Below, piece after piece: positions 50,701-62,048 of a stretch of DNA of 64,000 nt. This DNA is from Bilabrum cf. latius (Eukaryota). Under the pieces are notes generated by a model that worked only from the letters and a program-made list of their open reading frames with translations, made no database searches and had not been told where the DNA came from. The DNA is taken from contig OZ237743.1 of NCBI GenBank assembly GCA_965178125.1, positions 806,001-870,000 of the forward strand, given 5' to 3'. The position numbers and the translations under genes were made by a program. Each line of letters begins with the position of its first letter. The first letter of the stretch is position 1.

Positions 50701-51301
50701 TGCGCGTATCGACCTGCTGCTCGGCTCCTTCGTAGTATGTCCCCATGTGGTCGGCGATTAGGGCGGTGCCGATCGAGTTGCCCCTGGTGAAGTGGCAGTT
50801 GCCGCTGCAGCCTGGTGTACTGGTGGCACCTGAGAATCGCGTCTGGTACCAGTTAGAATTCTGCGGTGGTATCCAGACTAAAAAAGGGACCGGCGCGGAT
50901 TGCCTGCCTGCTGGAGGCCGGAAAGCACGTGAGAAATTAGAGAAACTGCGGGTAAACCGAGTGTAGAAATCAGGCTCACCTCGGTGATGATGTTCCCAGA
51001 CATTGCCCATTCCGTGACACCGCTTGTCGAAGTGACATCCTCCTGGGTGTACTAACCTGCGACGAGAAGGAGCACCAAGGGAGAACGCGCGGGGCAGACT
51101 GGATGGGTGCGCGGCCAAACCTTCCGTGCAGGAAAGTGTGCGCTCTGGCATGCGCTCGGGCTGTCACTCACCCAAATTGTCGTGGCCCCGTGGAAAATAC
51201 ACGCCAAAATCATCCATTTGCCACGACTTGCGAATAGCATAGGACTGAACCGACAGCAAAGCCACGGACACCACCGTACGGGTTACAGATTGGAACCTCA
51301 T
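38753..51301 (-). CDS. Giant (~4,104 aa) multi-domain cell-surface protein: signal peptide, ConA/LamG-like sandwiches, sushi, cadherin repeats, many IPT/TIG repeats, Cys-rich region, multi-pass C-terminal TM domain
   Basis: Exons 51301-51172, 51056-50980, 50860-38753 give 4,105 codons with 16 internal TAGs and no TAA/TGA until TGA at 38753. Signal MRFQSVTRTVVSVALLSVQSYA; sushi CRHECSSGF..C..GFWSGAPLVC; cadherin PEN..LDFE..DSNDPP and NVNEPP; IPT units T.GG....I.G.NFG; TM region with GTDYFQV and W.FVLLARK. Confidence 0.85.
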
Positions 51302-51741
51302 TCAATCTGTTACCTACGATACTGGAAGCAATCAACCGTAATTATATCATACACATCTGTTTATTCGATGCAAGCATCCTATATGTAAGTCAGTGCACGA
51401 AAATCGCAGCTGTGACTGGCGACTGTGCTCGACACACAAAGTGCATCTCATGAATTTCGGATTTAGGCACCAGCAAAGCGTACTCTCGGAATACAGGACA
51501 ATGTGGCAAGAAAAATATAAATTACGATGGTACTCCACCTTACGTTTCACCAAATTTACAAGAAAACGGCTACTGTAGCACGCGGTGACGCTCCGTTGTC
51601 GGCTGCGCTTGCGCACGTTTTAACTGCAACTGCTGGTTGCAACCGCTGCGACCAACGATGATACTTAAAGGTCGCAGCGAAAGCCGGCTACTTTGAGGTG
51701 AAATCTGTCTTTCTTCGAGCTCGCGGCAATATTTTCAAACT

Positions 51742-54321
51742 ATGAAGAGATATAGATTGCTGAGCAAGAAAGGTATGATGCGTTTCCATCCACGAACTGG
51801 CAGTATTCGTGAATTCTTGGTATATCCGTTTCGCTGCGTTCTGTGTGACTGAGATCTAACTCTTGCAGGCGAAGGCACATTCAGCGAGGTCTTAAAGGCC
51901 CAGAGTATCAAAACCGGACGATATGGTGAGCGAGACTTGCTTTGGGTCTCGATTTAAGTAGCGCTCACTGCATCACGCGCCCAACGATTGCCTTGCGACT
52001 GTTTTGTCCCCCCGCAGTTGCTGTAAAATGCATGAAGGCAAAATTCACGTCCTTAGAATAGGTCAACAACCTGCGAGAAATTTAGGCCCTCAGAAGGCTT
52101 TCTCCGCATCCAAACGTCGGTAAGACTTGACAATCATAGTTGAATCTGAATGCAACGAGCTTGCTGCCTTTCAATCTGAACAATAGGACTCATCATACTC
52201 CTTAAATTTGCAGTTGGGTTAATCGAAGTGCTGTTTGATAAGACGGGCGGGCGGCTTGCGCTGGTTTTCGAGCTCATGTCTCTGAATTTGTACGAGCTGA
52301 TTCGGGGCCGACGGCGCCACCTCGCAAGCGGTCTCGTGAAAGTGTACATGTTCCAGACCCTGCGGGCCCTCGCTCATATGCATGAAAAAGGCGTCATGCA
52401 CCGCGACATCAAGCCGGAGAACGTCCTCGTAGAGTCGAGCTACGACGTGTACAGCGGGCTGAAGCTGGCAGATTTCGGCAGCTGCAGGGGCATCTACTCC
52501 CGGCAGCCGTACACCGAATACATATCCACGCGATGGTACCGTGCCCCCGAGTGCCTCCTGACGGACGGCTACTATGGACGGGAAATGGACGTGTGGGGCG
52601 TGGGCTCAGTGTTCTACGAGCTCTGCGCCCTGAGGCCCCTGTTCCCAGGTGAGAACGAGAAGGACATGGTCAGGAGGATCCATGAGGTGCTGGGCACTCC
52701 AACCGACAAGACCCTTCAGTTCCTAAAGAGGCACGCCTCGAGGCACATGGACCTAAACTTTGCCCCGGTGAGGGGGAAAGGCCTCGCCAGCATGATCCCG
52801 GGGCACGTCCCCGTGCAGATGGTGGACCTTCTTCTCAAGATGCTCCAGTATGACCCACGCCGGAGGATCACTGCCAAGGAGGCGCTCATGCATCCATACT
52901 TCGCGGACCTGAGGCGCACGGAGGTGCCAGCGGAGCTGAAGAGCAAGTATCCACAGGCCTTTGATTCGCCGGAGGTGCAGCCCGCGAGCGCGCAGAGCAG
53001 CAAGCGGGGGACCAGCGGCAAGAAGGCCAGCGGCGGGGGGAGCAAGTCGGGCGCTGCGGCCTCCAGCACTGCCACAGTGGAGGGCAAGGAAAGCGAGTCG
53101 AGCAAAAAGCGCGGCGCCGATCCCAGCAGCGGAACCAAACACCATAGCCACACGTCCTCTACGACCTCTAGCGGCTCCGGCACGGGGTCTACCCACCACG
53201 GATCCACGACGGCGCAGAAATAGAAGCTCGAGGAGCAGGCCAGGCGACGTGCCAAGGCGGCTTCGGACAAGCTTGCCAGAGATCTCGCGCGTGCAGAAGC
53301 AGCGAAAGCCGCCAAGGCAGCGAAGGAAGCGGACGAAGCCGTGGCCGCAGTGGCCGCCGCGGTCAAGCCGAAGCACTCGTCACACGTATTGGAAGAAGAG
53401 GGAGTCGATTCCGGGTCCCCGAACGACCGGAAGAAGCGCTCGAAGCGCCTGTACGACGGCAAAGGGACAGTCCAGCCCCAGACCCTCAAGTCAACTGGGC
53501 AGACCTCTCTGTTTGCAGCGGCGCGGGCCAGGCGCGGCTCCGTGGGGGACGCTGACGAGGTCGTGGACGAGGTGAACGATGGAGGGGGGAGGCAGGGCTC
53601 AGACAAGCATGGCGGTGGAGGGCACGGTGCATCGCACGGTGGTGCGACCCACGGGCAGCAGTTCGGAAGGTCGCACCACCACCAGTCAGCCGCTCGCATG
53701 GGAGCTGTGGGTGGCCAGCAGCCCGCCGTCACGCGAAGGCCCAGGGGTCTGCGACGAAGGTTCGGCCCGGGTTCGTCGGGAGCTGGCGGGACGGGGACTT
53801 CAGTGGGAGGGGCGGGTGGCGGCGTGACGGGCGCGAGCGTGGCGCTGTCGCCGTCCACTACCCGCACTGTGGCCGGCGGCTCCTCGCTGAGGCACGGGGC
53901 CCACGGTGCTGGGCAGCTGTCCAGCTCCACGTCGAGGATAGCCCAGGGGGCTCGTCCCCTGTATGGGGTGGGTGCCACGGGGGCGGCACCCGGGGCCTCC
54001 GGTACGGCAGGCATGTCGGTGATGGGGTCTGGCGGTGCCGGGGGAGGCGCGAGCTCGGGTCTGAGGTCAGGGGCAGGCGCAGCGCGGCGCGCGGTGGGTA
54101 GGCCTTATCTCGGCGGTGGGGCTGGAGGCGGGGTGAGCGGATATGGTGGAGGCTCTACCGCTGCCAGGAGAGCCGCGAGGTATGGCGGCGGGGGTGCGGT
54201 GAGTGCGGCGAGGCGCAGGCAGGGGGGTGTCACCGGCGGCGGCTACGGGGCATCTTCCGGTGGTGGTTTCTCGTACGGGGGTGCTGGCAGGGCCGCTGGG
54301 GCGGGCTGGAGAAGGCGATGA
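51742..54321 (+). CDS. MOK: MOK/RAGE (LF4-like) serine/threonine kinase with a long Gly/Ser/Arg-rich tail
   Basis: Exons 51742-51772, 51869-51925, 52018-52119, 52214-54321 give MKRYRLLSKKGEGTFSEVLKA..VAVKCMK..SLE(TAG)VNNLREI(TAG)ALRRLSPHPN, HRDIKPEN, DFGSCRGIYSRQPYTEYISTRWYRAPECLLTDGYY. Third TAG at 53221; ends TGA. Confidence 0.95.
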
Positions 54322-54532
54322 TGGCATCTGAGCCTTCTTGTTGGAGTGAAAGAATATTACTATGCTGCGATTAGTGCGATCAACAGGGTCAAGCTCGAAA
54401 CTCGTGCGCGACCAAGCCACGAATGTAGCGTGTTAAATTGTGCTTAGTTGGGATCGTTGGGTCCCTCAAGCGCAATACAGCTGCGAATACTCGAGCGATT
54501 CAACTCTTGATCAACAGGACAGTCTAAATATA

Positions 54533-57500
54533 ATGGCTCGCCACTAGTAGGGCCCAGCTATTGCGCCTGGGGGTCCCCCTAGGAACGGAATGCGGCAGGC
54601 CTCTTCGGTTAGCTCAATGCAACGAAGTTCATCCTTCTTTGGTGCGGATAGTACGTACAAGCCAGACTGTGGCACGGAATCGTACTAGTATTTGAGCACA
54701 GAGCGTGTAAGTGGTTCCAAGCTGCCCGAACACAAGCAATGTAGCACTACGGCCGACCAAATTGAACGAAACCGCAAAAGGTGTGTTGTTCTGCAATTCG
54801 CAGGCCAAGGAATACGTGGACAGGACGCACCCGCGCGTGCAGGCTAGTTTCAATTTAGATGGAACGGTACGGTCTTACGAGTATTGGGAGTTTTGCGGCG
54901 TAAGTGCGGTTGCTATGTGACAGTGCGTTGACTGGAGCTGGAGCCGGTGCTCTCGCTAGCCGCGTCGCCCTCCTTCATTTGCTCCTCTCTATTCGTATTG
55001 CAGACTGCTACTGGGCGCCATTCATGTTGCGGTGAGTTATTGTCGCGGTAAACAGCGGGAATCACCAAAGCAAGCCTGCGATCGTGACCTGCCTGCCAAG
55101 TGGAAACTGCCAAGGCTCTTGACCAGATATACCAGCGTGCCACTTGTGCCGGCATGTGGCTTGACATCGTAAACATTTGCATTGGACTGAAATGCTCCTG
55201 TTTGCCTTGCGCTTTCTCCGCAGGCTGTAACACACCCTCCGACTGGAGCGAGGTAAGGAGACGATGTAGCCGTTCGTTTCGTCGCTTTGCAGCTTATACT
55301 TTGATATGGGCAAGCTTAGGATCAAATAATGACGATTAACACTTTCGATCGCAGTTCGGTAGCGGACTCGTGATGTATTTCAAGGGTCTCAAGGCAGTCT
55401 CGACACTGCTATTCGTGATGTCCTTGCTCAGTCTCCCCGCCCTGGTTGTGTACTACAATGGAGGGGCGCTGAACGAGCAGATCGTGTCTGAAGCAGAACG
55501 TCTTGCGCTCATCACGCTCGGCAACATCGGCGAGGGATCGACCGTGTGCACCTCGGCGCTGGAGGGGGAGAGGCTTGGCATCGCGTGCCCAGCGGGGGCC
55601 AGGATCGGCTCCATTGAGGCCTACTACGGGAATCCACAAGGGTGAGATATTAATAATAGGGCACATGGGTGCCCCGTGCATTGCTTGGGGTCCGGCACGC
55701 CTCCGGATTGAGCCACCCAGGTATCGTCCCCACCGACCTCAACCCCGAACTTGCATCACTCCGCCTAATGCCTTCCCCCTCGCAGCCAGTGCCTGTGCCC
55801 CGCGGCCCGGACTCCCGACCCCGACTGTCCAGGTAGCGTAGACGGAGACCTGTGCGAGCCTTCGAGCAACCCCGACGATGCCTACTGCCACCTGGACCAA
55901 GAGAGGGAGGTGAACCTTCCCTCGGGTTCGAAATTCGACGCAGGGCCGTGCTGTGCCGCAGAGCTAGACAGCGGGAGCCCCGTGTTCCCTGACCTCGATG
56001 TAGCGGTGGATCCGGAGTGCAATTCCCTTACGGCTCAGCGGATCGTGAGGGGCAGGTGCATCGGACAGGGCGTGTGCAACATCACCGTATCGGGGAGCGC
56101 GCTGCAGGCGTGGGTCAGCGACGAGGGCTACGGTACCGAGTGTGACCCCGACTTTGACCGCAGCAGGACTAACAGAGACGGCGTCAAGCAGTGCTTTCAG
56201 TCCTTTGATGGAGCAGCAGAGGGTGTAGCGGAGCCCCTGCAGAACTGCCCCGCTCGTGTCAGCAATCCCGCCTCTGACAATAGCGGGGCCGGCCGCAAAC
56301 GCCTCCTCGTTGTCGCCGTGTGCTACCAGACGGAAGTGGACCTTGGCAATGGCACGGTTTGGACCAAGGAGGAAGTGGCCGTGTATGTGGCCCTGTTTGA
56401 CGTCGTGTCGACAGTCATCTTTATTTTCTTTGCTTGCTGGCTGGAGAACGCCGAGCACACCGAGGAGAAGCACATCAAGTACAGCGCCAACAAGCGCTTC
56501 GGCGTGGCGGACTACACCGTGTACCTTCCCAGCCTCCCCGACCACGACTCAATCTCCCAGCTGGAGCGCGACATCCGCAGCAAGTTCGAGCACGTCCTCT
56601 CCGACGAGAACTTCAGGGTGCGCCGGCCGCTGCAGGGCGACCCCCAGAACCCCGAGGCGCCCTCAGGCGTCCGGGTGGCAGACATCAACTTCGGCACCAC
56701 AGAGTCCGGCATGCTCGATCTGTTCCTCCAGCGCGGGTCCATCCTCAACGAGCTGGACCGGGCCATCCGCAGGAGGCACATCGCAAGCATGGAGCTGGCT
56801 GACTTCCGGGGGACCGCAAGGCCGACCGTGCGCGAGAACATGGAGCAAGCAGGCAAGATGTCTTCGAACGAGGTGGCGTGCTGCAGCCGGTACATGGGCT
56901 GCTGTCCCTACGACGACGACGCTCTCCGGTTGATCGACGAGGAAATCCGCAAGATCAAGGACAAGATCAAGGACAAGGACGACGAGATCGATCAGGCCAT
57001 CGGCATGCGGCAGATGGGCGGCGAGATCATGGCAACGTGCGCCTACGTGACGTTTGAAGAGGAGGAGGGCAAGGACAGGGCGCTGGCGACGTACCCTCCC
57101 ACCTTCTGCATGTGGCTATGCCAGCCCAACTCGATGCGGATCAACGGATACCGTGTCTCGGTCGAAAACGCGCCGCAGCCGTCTGACGTGATTTGGGAGA
57201 ACCTGGGGGTGCCTACCATCGAGCGTTTCTGCAGGCAGGTGTTCACCACGACCGTCACGTTTGCTGCCCTTGCCCTTTCCGGTATCGTGCTGTTCCTGGT
57301 CGAGGATCAGAAGCGCCAGGCTCTCCGCACCTACGTCTCGACCGACTGCTCCCTTGTGGAGGACGTCGGCAACAGGGACCTGGTCGTGCAAGACACGTTC
57401 TGGAGAGATTTCAACCAGACCACCGGCAACACGGGCAGGCTGGAGTGCTACTGCCTGGACCGATTCGATATCAACGATCCTACAGCAGTCCTGGAGGAGA

Positions 57501-60500
57501 AGTTTGCGGTCCCTGATGGGAACAGTCTGACTGGTGGCACTGCCGAGCTCTGCCGGGACTGGGCCGACACCTACTTCACCGTGCAAGGCCTCGTGTACGG
57601 TGGCGCTCTGCTGGTCCTGTTCACAAACTTCCTGCTTCGTTTCCTCCTCCGCGGCCTCGTGAGCTTTGAGAGGCTTCGGTCGAGGACTGCTGAATTGGTC
57701 TCCGGTGCTCTCAAGCTCTTCGCGATTACGTTCCTGAATACTGCTGCGCTGGTGGTGCTCGTGAACGCGTCCATTGACACCGATTTCGTCTTCCTAAGGC
57801 AAGGTGAGCAACCTGAGTGCAATGGCTAGTGGGTTTTGATTTGGGCTTGCCTTGAAGTGCGAACCGTGTTTGCTCTAGTTGACCGTTCCTCCGGTTTTTC
57901 GCAGGCGAGCATGAGGATTTTGGTACTGACTGGTACCGCTCAGTGGGAGTCAGGTGAGCAGCGCTGGACGTCGTCTTCATCCGTTCATCCTTTGGTCTGT
58001 GCGGTACAACCCTCCATCGTATTATCTGCTAGTGTATTCCCCTAGAATACTCGGCATCGCAGTCTGACGATCACGATGATCCTCAATATCTTCGTCCCCC
58101 ATGCTACCCCTCTCGGCGACATGACCCTCATCAACATTGCCAGGTGCCGGGACAGGAGCTGCTCGTGCGACGAGCACCTCACTTCTACCTTGTCCCAAGC
58201 AGAACTCAACTAGCTGTGGATGGGCCCGCAGCTCCTCCTAGACGAGAGGTTTGCGCAGCTCTACTCCATCCTATTCGTCTGCTTGGCTTTCTCGACAGGC
58301 ATGCCTGGCCTGGTCCCCATTGCGTTCCTTACGTTCTTCCTGTGCTACTGGGTCGATAAGTCCCTCTTCGTGTGGGTGTACCAGACTCCTCCCAGCTACG
58401 ATAGCTCCCTGAGCCACTCGTTCACGAAGCTTCTGCCGCTGGCTGCCTTCCTGCATCTGATCATGGGCATCTGGATGCTGAGCAACCCGCTGATCCTCCC
58501 CGACAGCTAGGCCGTTCAGGACGCGTCGGCAGTCACCGCCACCGTATCGCAGGCATCCACCGTTGGTTCCGGGTCTGACACTGGCTCTACTTCGGAGGTG
58601 ATCAGTGGGGCTCTGGGAGACCTGGATGCCATCGGCTACGACGTGGCCGCCAGGCTATCGAGGTCTGCGGTAATCCCGCTGGTGATCATCCTGGTGCTCC
58701 TGGTCGCCTGGCTAGTCCTTCGCTACATCATCTACTCCAACCTGAAGCTGCTGCTCTCGTGCGTGTGCCCCTGTCTGTTCGAAGGCGACGAGTTCGACGA
58801 AGAGGACTATGGGTATGGCACGAAGGATGACACCGAGACGACCCGTATGCAGCTGCCCAACTACTGGATGGCCCTCCCCACCGAGGTGCTGCAGGAAGTG
58901 CACCACGGGCTGCGCGTGCCCAAGAGTGCCGAGGCCAGGTCCAAGATGGAGAAGGCGTACCACAAGCGGCGCAAGCTCATTGAGCAGCGATCGCAGGCCC
59001 AGGTGCAGCTGCGCCAGGCGATCGAGCAGGAGCGCAAGCACCTTGAGGAGGCCAGGCTGCGGCACAGGCAGCAAGATCAGGCAGAGCAGGTCCGCGAGAT
59101 GACTGAGGCTCAGCTGGCAGAAGAGCGCCGCAAGCGCGAAGAAGAGGAGGAGAGGTCGAGGCAGCTTGAGGCCATGCAGGCCGCGCTGGCTGCTGCGCAG
59201 GAATCCGCCAAGGTCGCAGTCCGGACCGAGAGCACTTGGCAGGATGCCGCGAGGGAGGAGATCCGGCAGTCTATGCGGATGGGCAACCAGCCCGGTGGGG
59301 TGTCTTCGGCGGCCATGGCAGCAAGAGACGCTCCTAACTACGACCACCGCCCGCAGAGCGCGTCGGACAAGGCCCTTCAAGAGATCGACAATGACGACGG
59401 CGTGGTGCACATCCCCGATGAAGAGGACGGTTACGCAGCCGGTACTGCCGCTGATTCCGCCCTTGCTTCCCCCGCCAAGGTGCACGGGGATGGCGAGGGC
59501 GAGGGCAAGGAGGAGGACGGCGCCCTCGTGGCCGCTGGTGCAAATGCAGCGGGCGTCGCCACTGGCTCCATGACTGGAGAAGGCAGCGCCGCGACGTCCG
59601 GAATGCAGCGGACGGCAACATACCTGGTCCGGCAGCAGATCGGCTACACGACGGAGGAGGCCGCCGCGATGGCTATGGAAGCGGAGCGTGCTGCTGAGGA
59701 GCAGCGTCAGCGAGCGTTCCAGCTGATCCAGTCGTACGGCTTGGACATGGACGACAAGGAGCTGAGCGGCGACTTCAAAAAGTTCACGGAGAGCATCATG
59801 AGCGGACTGCACTCGTTCGACCTGCACGACTCCATCGCTTACAGTCGGATCCTTGGATTTTCGGCCAATGTGCCGGTGCACTACAAGCGGAGGCTGGCGC
59901 TCGAGGCCACGGACGCCAGGCAGAAGCGCGCTGCTTCTTTTGCGGGCAACGGGCTGGCCAGTCCCGCCCAGGCAGATGTGGTCGGCATGACACCTGGATA
60001 CGGGATGGCCTTCAACCAGAGGATGGTACATGGCCCAGCAATCCAGGTGATCGAGCCCGGGAATATCCAGAACCAGCAGCCTAGAGGGCAGGTCCCGATC
60101 CAGTCCAGTCAGGGACAGACTCCCCAGCGGCAGATGCCGCCGCAGGCCTGGGGCTCCAACTCCCAGATGCGAGAGCAGTCTATGCGCGAGACAGAAGCGG
60201 CCCTGCAGGAATCCAGGTACTTCCAAGACGATTCCAGCGCGCCCATGCCGCAGAGGTCCATGCTGCCGCCCATGCACGGCGCGTCCTACATGCACCAGCA
60301 GTCCAACGTTGCCACCCGCGCCGACGGAGCCTACTGGGCGCATCGCCCCGAAATCATGCAGGCTGCCCAGCAGTCGCCCCAGGGGTATCCGGTGATGCCA
60401 GGCGCTGGCCAGGCTGGAGGCCAGGGGATGGCCCCCCAGTTTGCCAGAATGCAGGCCCTGCAGCAAGCTGGCTTCATCGGCCAAGCCCGTGCGGGATTCG

Positions 60501-60571
60501 GGGCAGGCGGTGGAGCAGCGATGGATATGGTGGCACCTGAGGGAGCGCCTGGCAGCGTGCCGCAGGGGTGA
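54533..60571 (+). CDS. OSCA/TMEM63 (CSC1)-like or related TMC/anoctamin-superfamily channel with an extracellular SUEL-lectin-like loop and Gln-rich tail
   Basis: Exons 54533-54706, 54804-54899, 55004-55031, 55224-55252, 55355-55641, 55786-57803, 57905-57953, 58063-60571, all phases consistent. Motifs FGSGLVMYFK, ADYTVYLPSLP, AYVTFEEE, APQPSDVIWENL, DF..DWY.SVG and SQAELN(Q)LWMGP. TAGs at 54545, 54548, 54686, 58211, 58508; ends TGA. The 5' exons are less certain. Confidence 0.8.
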
Positions 60572-60833
60572 TGCATGGGACTGCCTGAGCCCCGGGCCCG
60601 CCGCAGTGCAATGGGCCATATGTTTGGGGCGTGCTGGAGCATAGTCGTATTCCAGTGCATGTGTTTGAGTATCTTGTCTCGATTCTTTCAATACCGGTAG
60701 CCTCTTTCGTCCGGTCTGGCCATTAGACGGTGCACGCAACAACCTGCAGCAAAACCAGATCTGGTAATCATCCGAATCTATCCCGGTAGGGCAGGTACCT
60801 ACTTTTTTTGCGTCAAGCAACGATTAGAGCTTG

Positions 60834-61787
60834 ATGGCTTCATGTACTAGCAGTGGGCGAGGAGGCTCGTCGAAGGAGGAGATGCCTCTTGTATCCGACC
60901 TGCGAGACGCCGTGGGTCTTGGCTCGCTGAAGCTCTTTTTGGATTCCAATGGATACTGCGCGTTTCGAGGGCTGATCGAAAGTGAAGCCGAAGTACTAGC
61001 CCTGCGGAAAGTTTATGACGAGTTGCTTGAGACGAAAAGCGATTATAAGTGCGATCTTGGTGCGAATGAATCTAGAAAGAAGAGTGGGGTGGAAAACATT
61101 ACCCAAGTTATGTGGCCAAGCGAGTTGCGAGATGACCTTAAGCCAGATAAGAGCAAATTACACTAGCGGGCTCTTCGGCTGGCAAAGGCACTAATCGGCG
61201 ACGATGCTGAGTTCGACTTTGACATGATCATCAACAAAGTTACGGATACTGCAACCCCTTTCCATGTTGATGCAGCGTATTGGCCAGACGCGCCAGACAC
61301 ACGCGCACTCTCGTTTTGGGTTGCTTTGGACCCAGTGGATGAGGACAGAGGCTGTATGTGGTACGGGCCGAGAACGCACCTTGAGCCGCTGCGCCGGCAC
61401 CGCAGCTCTGCCTCCGGTGCTGGCGCCCTTATGTGTGACGGTAGCGAGGACGAGTGCGTGCCCGTCCCAATGGAGCCAGGGGATGTCGGGATCCACTCCG
61501 GTCGGACGCTGCACTACAGCAGGGGCAACAAGACCGGACTTCCGCGCCGAGCCTACATCATGAATTTTAGGCCGAAGGCCATGATCGAACACTTCCGGGC
61601 GTTGGGATTCGACCATGGAAAAGCCGGGGGCGCGTCCGGCAACCACGTGGTCAAATGCGAGGAAGCCGAAGGGGGTGATCCTGCAGGCGATGGGTCGGGG
61701 GGTACCGCTGGTACGACAACCGCAGCTGGTGGTGCTGAGGCGAAGACAGAAGCCGATGCATGGGCTGCCACGGGCTCTGCTTCCTGA
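60834..61787 (+). CDS. Phytanoyl-CoA dioxygenase (PhyH) family Fe(II)/2-oxoglutarate dioxygenase (~317 aa)
   Basis: ORFs 60831-61166 and 61224-61787 are joined by TAG at 61164 (KLH(Q)RALRLAKALIG). HxD motif FHVDAAYW, WVALD, GCMWY and distal His in TLHYSRGN; ends TGA. Confidence 0.9.
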
Positions 61788-62048
61788 ATACATTCATTAC
61801 TGCAGAGTGTGCCTGGGTGCACTAGGTACTGGAGCGTTTGGGGTCCATGCTGCGAGGCGCAGCTCTGCCCCAAGCTAGGTTTACTTGTTGATTGTTTGCG
61901 TGTGTTTGTGACGAGAACCGAGCAAGATTGTCTTGCAAGTTTCCCGTCGTGCACAAACCAATCTAAACGGTAGTTTGCAGACATATTTGCAACCGCATCA
62001 TGAAAATAGCAGCTGGATTCCGGAATCCAGATCGACCCACAGATTACG

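Noticed and set aside
52050-52119. Pyrrolysine, or occasional programmed stop readthrough, at UAG
   Set aside because: TAG aligns to Gln, occurs up to 16 times per gene and even in tandem, and shows no shared downstream readthrough context that I could see. Pyrrolysine is known only from prokaryotes.
53580-54321. Gly/Arg-rich segment as a separate gene or repeat element
   Set aside because: It is in frame with the MOK kinase through TAG 53221, so it is a low-complexity C-terminal tail.
58712-60820. 702-aa minus-strand ORF (also 52716-54014 minus, 6865-7899 plus and similar)
   Set aside because: These are antisense shadows of GC-rich, codon-biased real genes and have no recognisable motifs.
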